30,196 bases of DNA from a virus (taxonomy: Duplodnaviria; Caudoviricetes): positions 1 through 30,196 of the IMG/VR virus record IMGVR_UViG_3300032312_001296; one strand, 5' to 3'. The position numbers and the translations under genes were made by a program. Of this stretch, positions 6,787-14,373 are shown piece after piece. Position 1 is the stretch's first letter. Every line of letters begins with the position of its first letter. Below the pieces are notes generated by a model that had not been told where the DNA came from, ran no database searches, and saw only the letters and a list, made by a program, of their open reading frames with translations.

Positions 6787-6816
6787 TTGACGAACCATGT
6801 AAAGATTACTTAGTCT
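6787..6816 (+). promoter_or_regulatory. Candidate promoter of the packaging/late operon, overlapping a divergent promoter
   Basis: TTGACG-18-TAGTCT on +; TTTACA(6803-6798)-18-TATTCT(6779-6774) on -. Confidence 0.45.
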
Positions 6817-6869
6817 GAGAATAAGAGTCGGTGACTCGCAACCAGAATCCAGTGGATTGAGGTTTATTT

Positions 6870-7049
6870 ATGGAAGAAATTGGTGCAATTAACGCTATTC
6901 TTAGCGCAATTAAAACTCGTGTTGACGGTTCAGTCAGCATCACAATAGAAGCAAATCCAAGCGAAATAGAAGTAATTAATAAACTTATGCAGTCTTATTT
7001 AATTGATAAGCGAGTATTTACTGTTGCATTTATTCGGGTGGATGAATAA
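6870..7049 (+). CDS. 59-aa hypothetical protein MEEIGAINAILSAIKTRVDGSVSITIE... (not in ORF track)
   Basis: GAGG SD; TAATG coupling to terS. Confidence 0.75.
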   Translation: MEEIGAINAILSAIKTRVDGSVSITIEANPSEIEVINKLMQSYLIDKRVFTVAFIRVDE

Positions 7050-7450
7050 TGGCAAGACCAACTGACTATAAAGAAGAGTATTGTGAATTGATTGTTGAGT
7101 TCTTTGACCAACCTTTATACATAGTAAAAAAGAAAGAAATTGCATCAGGTGGAAGAAAGGTTGTTATTGAGGAAGAGGTTCCAAATTCAATGCCTACCTT
7201 TGAAAGATTTGCAAGAAAGCTTGGTGTTGAACACGACACATTGAGAAACTGGTGCAAGAAACATGAAAAGTTTTTCGGTGCATATAAGATTTGTAAGGAC
7301 ATTCAGAAAGATTTTTTGATTGAGCATGGAACAAAAGGCAACTACAACGCAGCTTTTACCAAATTCTTAGCGGTCAATGTCACAGATTTAAGGGATAAAG
7401 TAACTCACGAAATTGGAGATGTTAATCTTGAGTTTGAATCTAAAGATTAA
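7049..7450 (+). CDS. terS: Terminase small subunit
   Basis: MARPTDYKEEYC start, PTFERFARKLGV..DTLRNW HTH, GNYNAAFTKF; directly upstream of terL. Confidence 0.85.
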   Translation: MARPTDYKEEYCELIVEFFDQPLYIVKKKEIASGGRKVVIEEEVPNSMPTFERFARKLGVEHDTLRNWCKKHEKFFGAYKICKDIQKDFLIEHGTKGNYNAAFTKFLAVNVTDLRDKVTHEIGDVNLEFESKD

Positions 7451-8699
7451 ATATACTCCACTCCCATCACAGAAGCCTGTGTTTGACGATGATGTAACGG
7501 AAACAATTCTACATAGTGCAGGACTTGGAAGTGGTAAGTCATACAACCTATGCATGAAACTAATTAAGCTTTCAAAGTTAAACAAAGGTCATGCTGGTGG
7601 CTTACTTTGCCCATCGTATGCAATGTTTAAGAAAGATATTTACCCAACATTTCAGGACATATTCGAAAAGTCTGGAATACCCAAAGGAAAGATTTGGGAT
7701 TACAACGCTCAGGATAAGACTTATACCTTTATTTGGAATAATAAACCACTTTACATATTTACCGCAGAAAACGAAATTGCTGGCCCTAACTTAGGTTATG
7801 GTGGTGTAAACGAGTTTTCACTTTGCCAATGGGATAGGATAAATCAATTCATTCGAAGGATAAGAACAGACTCGCCATTTAAGCAAAAAATCCTTGCCGG
7901 AACACCAGAAGACCGTCATGGATGGTTAATGGATTATGTAAACATGATGAACGAACAGGAAGCAAAGAATCCGGGTAAGTTCAAAATAGTCTTTGGCGAC
8001 ACTTCAGAAAATGCCCATATAGATCAACAATATGTTTCGACTCTTGAATATATGCTCGATAAGAAAGCTTTACAGGTATTCAAGGAAGGAAAGATCATTA
8101 AGTTGAGTGGCGATTTATTCTATTACTCTTTTGATAGAACTAAACACGTTAGCGATATAGCAGATATTCCTAGATCGACTCAAGTTTACGCTAACCTAGA
8201 TTTTAACGTAGGAAGAATGACCTGTACATTTGCCTACAAGCTAGGGCCAACGATTTACTTCTTTGATGAGTTCGAATTATTGGGAAACTCGGACACTATG
8301 CAAGCCGCCATAGAAATACAAAAGCGATATGGCAAAGGTGTTGTGCTAACCATTGACGCTAGTGGTAAGAATAGGAAAACATCAGGTGCTTCAGATTATC
8401 AGGTATTAATTCAGGCAGGCTTTCAGGCCAACAATATTAGATTTAAATCTCAAAACCCACGCTTTAGAGAAAGGCAGCTTCTCGTTAATGGGAAGATTGA
8501 CCGTGGGGAAATAATAATATCTCCTAAGTGCAAAGTTTTAATAAAAGACCTTGAGCAGGTGGAACAATCAAAACTTACCTTTGAGAAGATCAAAGACAAA
8601 GATGGAAAGTTGACACACGCATCAGATACGTTAGACTATTTTATTGACTATGAATTCTCGCTTTACTTGAATAGGAATACATCAACAATTCAACTATAG
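7413..8699 (+). CDS. terL: Terminase large subunit (exact start uncertain)
   Basis: Walker A AGLGSGKS, Walker B-like GGVNE, coupling motif GTP, nuclease LDFN..DASG..HASD. Confidence 0.95.
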   Translation: MEMLILSLNLKIKYTPLPSQKPVFDDDVTETILHSAGLGSGKSYNLCMKLIKLSKLNKGHAGGLLCPSYAMFKKDIYPTFQDIFEKSGIPKGKIWDYNAQDKTYTFIWNNKPLYIFTAENEIAGPNLGYGGVNEFSLCQWDRINQFIRRIRTDSPFKQKILAGTPEDRHGWLMDYVNMMNEQEAKNPGKFKIVFGDTSENAHIDQQYVSTLEYMLDKKALQVFKEGKIIKLSGDLFYYSFDRTKHVSDIADIPRSTQVYANLDFNVGRMTCTFAYKLGPTIYFFDEFELLGNSDTMQAAIEIQKRYGKGVVLTIDASGKNRKTSGASDYQVLIQAGFQANNIRFKSQNPRFRERQLLVNGKIDRGEIIISPKCKVLIKDLEQVEQSKLTFEKIKDKDGKLTHASDTLDYFIDYEFSLYLNRNTSTIQL

Positions 8700-8706
8700 G
8701 ACTAAT

Positions 8707-10056
8707 ATGCTTAAGGATAGGCGCAACGAGATTATTGAATACGTAAGACAGAATAAACAATTTATCGAGCTTAACACTGAAGCACTAGATATTTATGAAG
8801 GAAACCTTCTCCCGTATATTGATGTTATCCTAAAAAACTCACTATCAGCTAACTACTACAACTCGATTAGAGATAGAATTCTTCCTGTCAATATCCTTCA
8901 AAGATATGTAGACAAGGTATCCGCTACTTACTCAAAAGCTCCAAAAAGAACTTCAGAGTATGAAAGAAGTCAGGAGTTTGTTGATTACTATTCAAGCGCA
9001 TTAAACATCAACCAGTCTGGTCAGATTGCTGATGCCTATTCGAACCTATTTAAAGGTTACGCATGGGAGCCGTACATTGATAAAAACGGTAAACCCGCAA
9101 TCAGAGAGCTTCCTTTTAATTCGTTTCTAGTTATGTCTGACTCATTAGTTAACCCTGAAGAAGAAACAGTGTTTATTAAATTCATGGGCAAGCGTGGGGA
9201 TGATGATGACTCTATGCTTCTTCACGTTTACACTGACACCGAGTTCGATGCCTTCTATATGAATGGGCTAGAGGCAAGTGAATACCTTATCGAGAATCAA
9301 GGTGTGAATGTTATTGGCACTATTCCGTTCGTATATGGGAAGCGTCAGAAGAATAGACTTTTACCAGTTCTTGACTCTGATATGCTTAGAGTTACTAAAG
9401 CAATTTCAGTGATGCTAAGTGATGCAGCAGGGTGCCAGTTCTACCAAGCTTTCTCGATCATGTACGGTATTGACGTGTCTTTCGATAATGCCAAGATCGG
9501 GCCAAATGTTATCTGGTCACTTAAGTCAGATCGTGAAAGTGATAAGACTCCACAGGTAGGAACAATTAAACCTGAAGCGGATACTCAAAAAGTGGTCGAG
9601 TTTGTTACGACAATCTTCACACTATGGTTAGAGACTAAAGGTGTAAGAGTCGGTTCAATGGCTTCATTGCAAGGCAATAGTACAGCTTCAGGCATCGCTA
9701 AGGTCATTGATGAGCTAGACGTATATGAGATTAGAAAAAAATCTCAAGAATGGTTTGTCAAAGATGAACAAGAATTATGGAATATCAAACTCCCAGCAAT
9801 CCATAATTATTGGATTAGGTCGGGGCTAGTTAATCCTTCTAGTGTTCCTGGTCTTATTCCTGAATCAGCTGACTTAGAAATTTATGTTGAGTTTGAAAGA
9901 CCTATGCCAATGAAATCAAGACAGGAAGAAATTGCCGAAATTAAAGCCGAATTAGAGCTTGGGACTATGACTATGAAGCAAGCTATCAAGAGACTTCACC
10001 CTGATTATGACGAAGATGAAATTCAAGAAGTGGAAGGGAATAGGTCAATTATTTAA
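8707..10056 (+). CDS. Portal protein (SPP1 gp6-like)
   Basis: 449 aa after terL; IYEG, N.IGTIPFV, SGIAK motifs. Confidence 0.88.
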   Translation: MLKDRRNEIIEYVRQNKQFIELNTEALDIYEGNLLPYIDVILKNSLSANYYNSIRDRILPVNILQRYVDKVSATYSKAPKRTSEYERSQEFVDYYSSALNINQSGQIADAYSNLFKGYAWEPYIDKNGKPAIRELPFNSFLVMSDSLVNPEEETVFIKFMGKRGDDDDSMLLHVYTDTEFDAFYMNGLEASEYLIENQGVNVIGTIPFVYGKRQKNRLLPVLDSDMLRVTKAISVMLSDAAGCQFYQAFSIMYGIDVSFDNAKIGPNVIWSLKSDRESDKTPQVGTIKPEADTQKVVEFVTTIFTLWLETKGVRVGSMASLQGNSTASGIAKVIDELDVYEIRKKSQEWFVKDEQELWNIKLPAIHNYWIRSGLVNPSSVPGLIPESADLEIYVEFERPMPMKSRQEEIAEIKAELELGTMTMKQAIKRLHPDYDEDEIQEVEGNRSII

Positions 10057-10595
10057 TGGCAAATAAATATACTAGGGAAGTTTTAAAGATACCTAAGTCT
10101 ATTAAGCCAAAAGATCGGGTCAAGATTGCTCGAATTGTTATTGAGCATATTATAACTCGTAGTGCTAATGGTCTTGATAAGAATAATAAGAAGTTTCCCA
10201 AGTACGAAATACCTTACGCCAACTCTAAAGGTGTAGGTGTTAGCGATGTTGATCTTATTTTGTCTGGTGAAATGCTAGATGAATTAGAACTTGTAGATCA
10301 TTCCGCTGGTAAGATTGTGATCGGTTATAAAGACCCATCAGACGAATTAGCAGGAAAGGTTGAGGGTAATCGCATCGGCTCTTACGGAAAAGAGCCAAAC
10401 AGAAAAAAAGCTAGAGACTTTTTAGGTTTACCAAAAGACGAGTTGGATATTCTTATCGCTGCAATAGAGGAAGATATTCAATTAGATGATGAAGACACTC
10501 TAAGCAAAACCGAAGTCATAAAACAAGCTAAAGAAGTAGACCCATTTGACTCTGAGTCAATCTTAGATAAACTTTTAGAAGAAGAGTTCGGATGA
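10056..10595 (+). CDS. Virion morphogenesis/tail completion protein (Mu gpG/P2 gpS-like), paralog 1
   Basis: DLILSGEMLDEL and RDFLGL motifs. Confidence 0.6.
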   Translation: MANKYTREVLKIPKSIKPKDRVKIARIVIEHIITRSANGLDKNNKKFPKYEIPYANSKGVGVSDVDLILSGEMLDELELVDHSAGKIVIGYKDPSDELAGKVEGNRIGSYGKEPNRKKARDFLGLPKDELDILIAAIEEDIQLDDEDTLSKTEVIKQAKEVDPFDSESILDKLLEEEFG

Positions 10596-11134
10596 CACCA
10601 GAAGAAAAGATCAGAAAATTTAAAGAGAAGTATAAAGCAGAAATTAAGAAAGGTCTTAATGAAGCAACTAAAAAAGCAGCCGAGAGAACACTTAAAGAAG
10701 TTGTTAAGAGAACCAAGGCAGGGCTAGGAACTAAAAGCAGTTTGAAAGGTTTAAGCGCTTCTTACATAGCATTTAGAAGAAGATGGGCAGCCTTCTTAGC
10801 CGAAGACACTTCACCAGCTAAGTCTAACCTAACGGCTACAGGGCAATTATTAGAAGCTCTCTATTACCGAGTAGTGGGAACAAGGTTCTTTATCAAGGTC
10901 AACTCAAAGAATCGTGAGGAAGGTCTAGGTGGTGAAGAGTTAATAAGTGTTAAAGTTACAAAGAAGAAATCAGAGATGAAGTCACGACTAACGAATGAAG
11001 ATGTTCGTAAGTTCGTTGAGGATGCAGGAAGAGAGTTTCTTGCGTTAAACGATCAAGAAAAGGCAGAACTAGAGAAGTTTACGGCCAATGTTTTGAAAGA
11101 ATCTTTGAAAAGCATATTAGGTAAGAAAGTCTGA
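10592..11134 (+). CDS. Virion morphogenesis/tail completion protein, paralog 2
   Basis: LSASY, NLTATGQLLEAL and REFLAL motifs. Confidence 0.6.
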   Translation: MTPEEKIRKFKEKYKAEIKKGLNEATKKAAERTLKEVVKRTKAGLGTKSSLKGLSASYIAFRRRWAAFLAEDTSPAKSNLTATGQLLEALYYRVVGTRFFIKVNSKNREEGLGGEELISVKVTKKKSEMKSRLTNEDVRKFVEDAGREFLALNDQEKAELEKFTANVLKESLKSILGKKV

Positions 11135-11188
11135 CGGGCCTCGTTAAAAAATAATTTGACAGGCGTTATATCAAGGAGAATGATAAGT

Positions 11189-11770
11189 ATGAGTACCGAA
11201 AATGTAGGCAGTGCCTCAACTCAAGAGTCCAGTGGACAATCTGAGAAAGAAACCAATGACAAAGTTAGTTATGACACTTATCGTCGTGTCTTGTCTGAAG
11301 CAAAGAAGCTTAAGGAAAGGCTTTCAGCATTAGAAGAAGAAAAGGCGAAGACTCATGAAAATAAACTTCGTGAGCAGAACGAGTGGAAAGCGTTAGCAGA
11401 AGCTAAAGCGGCCGAAGCTGAAAAGTTAAAGTCACTTTACACTGAAACGCAGGAACAAATTGTTAATGGTTTAAAGTATCAAGAATTTGAGAAACATTTA
11501 GGTGGTAAACTCAAGTCTCAAGATTATGCAACGTTCGTCCCATTTGAGAAGATCGTGATTAATCCAGAGACAAGACGAGTTGACGAAGAGTCGGTGAAGT
11601 CTGTTGTTGCTGAGTTTGTTAAAACGCATCCTGTATTAGTTGAATTTAACTCAGGTGCTAGAATGCCAAACGAAGCTGCAAAAAGTGGTAACTCAATTTC
11701 TAAGCCAATTGATAAACTTTCGACTGAAGAAATTATGAATGAACTTAAAAAAATTGGTTCTTTAACTTAA
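11189..11770 (+). CDS. Capsid scaffolding protein
   Basis: Coiled-coil, E/K-rich, immediately before the capsid gene; likely start ATG 11189 after AAGGAG (ORF open from 11156). Confidence 0.8.
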   Translation: MSTENVGSASTQESSGQSEKETNDKVSYDTYRRVLSEAKKLKERLSALEEEKAKTHENKLREQNEWKALAEAKAAEAEKLKSLYTETQEQIVNGLKYQEFEKHLGGKLKSQDYATFVPFEKIVINPETRRVDEESVKSVVAEFVKTHPVLVEFNSGARMPNEAAKSGNSISKPIDKLSTEEIMNELKKIGSLT

Positions 11771-11782
11771 TAGGAGAATTTT

Positions 11783-12640
11783 ATGGCAGACGCTTACATG
11801 GGGAATACAGAACTTGGAAGTACCAAGGCAACCCTTATCTCTAACCTTGTTCAGAGAGAACTTGCTTTCGCAGCTGTTCTCCGTGGACTAGTAACTGATG
11901 TTTCTTCTTTCGCCCTTCCGGGTCTTAAGGAAATCAAGTTTCCAAAGCTTACTTCTTTCACAGTTGGCAATCGTTCTGAAGGTGTTAAAGGTGAGACACA
12001 AGCATTAACGGCTAGCACAGATACTTTAGCACTCGATGTCAATGCCTACGTCTCATGGGCGGTGGACAGCTTCACAGCTAAGCAAACGTCTATCGATGCA
12101 CAACTTGAGTCAATTAAATTCGCTTCTCAGGCTATGGGTCGCTATGTTGATTCTCAAATCATTGCCAAGATTGTTGCTTCTTCAGCTTCTTTCATTAACG
12201 TAGGTACTGACGTAAACGTAACTTACGCTAACCTTATCACAATGAGACAGAATCTACTTAAGGCTGATGCTATTCTTGCTAATTGTGTTATCGTTGCTTC
12301 ACCAGCTCAGGAAGCTGCATTAATGACTCTTACAGAGTTCAAAGATGCTTCAGTTTTTGGACAGGCTACGATTCCTTCTGGCCTCGTTGGTAAAATTTTA
12401 GGTATGCCTGTTTATATCCATAATGGTCTTGCTGATAAACAGCTTTTCATGATGGAAAAATCAGCTATCGCAGTTGGTTTCCAAAAAGAAGCTGCTTATG
12501 GTGAAGAATCTTTCATCGAGCTTGGTGTTGGTGCTAAGCGTGCAGCTGTTGACCAGTACTTCGGTGTGTGTGCATTACATCAAGGTCTTAAAGGTGCTGC
12601 TGCTGGTAAGTCTCCACTTATCATCGGTCTTAACGACTAA
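11783..12640 (+). CDS. Major capsid protein (HK97 fold)
   Basis: 285 aa; IKFPKL, GLVGKILGMPVYIHN, DQYFG; AGGAG SD; followed by a terminator. Confidence 0.9.
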   Translation: MADAYMGNTELGSTKATLISNLVQRELAFAAVLRGLVTDVSSFALPGLKEIKFPKLTSFTVGNRSEGVKGETQALTASTDTLALDVNAYVSWAVDSFTAKQTSIDAQLESIKFASQAMGRYVDSQIIAKIVASSASFINVGTDVNVTYANLITMRQNLLKADAILANCVIVASPAQEAALMTLTEFKDASVFGQATIPSGLVGKILGMPVYIHNGLADKQLFMMEKSAIAVGFQKEAAYGEESFIELGVGAKRAAVDQYFGVCALHQGLKGAAAGKSPLIIGLND

Positions 12641-12658
12641 TTAGATTAATAATCAAGG

Positions 12659-12691
12659 AAGGTCAGGGTAGTAATACTCTGGCCTTTTTTT
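12659..12691 (+). terminator. Intrinsic terminator
   Basis: AAGGTCAGGGTA-GTAA-TACTCTGGCCTT followed by a T tract. Confidence 0.85.
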
Positions 12692-12910
12692 ATGAAAAAA
12701 CCATCAGACTGCAAAGATTATTTAAAAGCTAAAACACCTGAAGGTTTAAAAGTCTTAATGATTAAGAACAATCTTAAGACTAACTCTTATCACGACTATA
12801 GAATTATTCACGATGGGTCATTCTGGTTCGCTTGGTTTGAGTTTGATGCATCCTCTATTATCGACAAAGAAACAAAGAGGGTAATGAGTGAAGGAATCGA
12901 TCAGGGATAG
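12692..12910 (+). CDS. Hypothetical protein
   Basis: 72-aa ORF after the capsid gene. Confidence 0.65.
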   Translation: MKKPSDCKDYLKAKTPEGLKVLMIKNNLKTNSYHDYRIIHDGSFWFAWFEFDASSIIDKETKRVMSEGIDQG

Positions 12911-13142
12911 GGAATTCGACAAGTTTAGAGGGTCAGCAAATGATCTTTCTAAAGTTGCAGTTTCAATCGAGGGAGATACTGGCCTCATAGAGGGTATTTC
13001 TTACGATGACATTCAAGTAACATATCCAACTAATGAAACTGAAGTTTATTCATACTACAAGAGCACTGTTTTACAGGCCCAAATAGAAGTCACCTACACA
13101 AATATTTCCAAGCTCGAACTGTCTAGGGTAAGACGTTTATGA
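12888..13142 (+). CDS. Hypothetical virion protein
   Basis: 84 aa, beta-rich; coupled to the next gene. Confidence 0.65.
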   Translation: MKESIRDREFDKFRGSANDLSKVAVSIEGDTGLIEGISYDDIQVTYPTNETEVYSYYKSTVLQAQIEVTYTNISKLELSRVRRL

Positions 13143-13708
13143 GGTTAGTTTTTAACCCATTCACATCAAATCTTGATTGGGTTACTACACCAGACGCTCT
13201 TATTACTCAAGTATGGAATCAATCAGGTGCTACGATCCAAAAAGGTAAAGTGATTTACCTCAATGGTTCTCATGGTAACCTTCCAACTATTGCACTTGCT
13301 CAGGCAAACCCTGAAGCAACATCATCAAGAGCGTATGGAATAGTTCAGTATGATATTCCCAATAACTCAATTGGTGTGGTTGTTCACGCTGGATTAATTC
13401 AAGGTTTAGATACTCAGGCTATCCCTGTAGGTGTTTCATTATATCTTTCTCCAACTGTTCAGGGTGGAATAACAACTACAAAACCTCAAGCTCCTGATCA
13501 CATGGTCTTTCTTGGAATGGCAACACGCTCCCATCCAACACAGGGAAGAATCGAAGTAACTATCGTTAATGGTTTTGAGCTAGATGAACTTCATAACGTA
13601 AGGATAGTATCCCCTCAAGATGGACAGCTTCTATATTATGAGTCATCATCTAGTTTATGGAAGAACATGGACGATAAATCACTTATTAACGCTTTAATTT
13701 TTGGGTAA
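13139..13708 (+). CDS. Putative capsid fibre/decoration protein
   Basis: NQSGATIQKGKVIY...LYLSPTVQGGITTTKP (cement/fibre-base-like), LDELHNV...DGQLLYY..WKN repeat unit, C-terminal INALIFG. Confidence 0.6.
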   Translation: MRLVFNPFTSNLDWVTTPDALITQVWNQSGATIQKGKVIYLNGSHGNLPTIALAQANPEATSSRAYGIVQYDIPNNSIGVVVHAGLIQGLDTQAIPVGVSLYLSPTVQGGITTTKPQAPDHMVFLGMATRSHPTQGRIEVTIVNGFELDELHNVRIVSPQDGQLLYYESSSSLWKNMDDKSLINALIFG

Positions 13709-13711
13709 AAT

Positions 13712-14068
13712 ATGACAACACCTGCCGAATACAACTTTTCACTTTATATCGGACAAACTTTAAAGCAACCATTCACAGTGTGGAATGATGAAGCTCAAAC
13801 TTCACCATACAGCTTTACTGGTCATACAATTAAATCGCAAATAAGATTAAGTTATAACTCAACTCAAGCATTAACATTAACGACAACTGTTGTCGGAAAC
13901 ACTATATACTTAAACGCAACACCTGAAGCAATGCGAGCTTTCTTTGTTATTCAAAATGCCCAATCAGCAAAATATTATTATGATGTTGAGATAACTAAAC
14001 CAGATTTATCAATTTGGACTTTGGTGCGTGGTGTAATTGATGTTTACCCAGAGGTAACAAAGATATGA
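13712..14068 (+). CDS. BppU-like/Ig-like virion adaptor protein
   Basis: FTGHTIKSQIR...YYYDVEI...LVRGVIDVYPEVT. Confidence 0.6.
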   Translation: MTTPAEYNFSLYIGQTLKQPFTVWNDEAQTSPYSFTGHTIKSQIRLSYNSTQALTLTTTVVGNTIYLNATPEAMRAFFVIQNAQSAKYYYDVEITKPDLSIWTLVRGVIDVYPEVTKI

Positions 14069-14364
14069 ACATAGTAGTCACTGAAGAAACTTCAAAGATT
14101 ATTGTCGTTCAGGAAGCTTCGCCTAGAGTTATTGTTATAAATAAAGGCGAAGCTGGTGAAGGCGTTCCGTCTGGTGGTTTAACTGGCCAGGTTTTAGTAA
14201 AGGCTTCAAATGCTAACTATGATACTCAATGGACTAATAACGGCAACGGTGACTTACTTGCCATTAATAACCTCTCTGATGTTGCAAATGTGGATACTGC
14301 ACGAAATAATCTAGGTGCAATTAATAACTCTGAATCAATCGTAAACGCTTTAATCTTTGGATAA
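14065..14364 (+). CDS. Short fibre-like virion protein
   Basis: GVPSGGLTGQVLVKASNANYDTQW and NNLSDV..ARNNLG fibre motifs; C-terminal VNALIFG. Confidence 0.7.
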   Translation: MNIVVTEETSKIIVVQEASPRVIVINKGEAGEGVPSGGLTGQVLVKASNANYDTQWTNNGNGDLLAINNLSDVANVDTARNNLGAINNSESIVNALIFG

Positions 14365-14373
14365 GGTGACATA

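Noticed and set aside
11156-11185. Promoter at TTGACA upstream of the scaffold gene
   Set aside because: Perfect -35 but no convincing -10 at 16-18 bp
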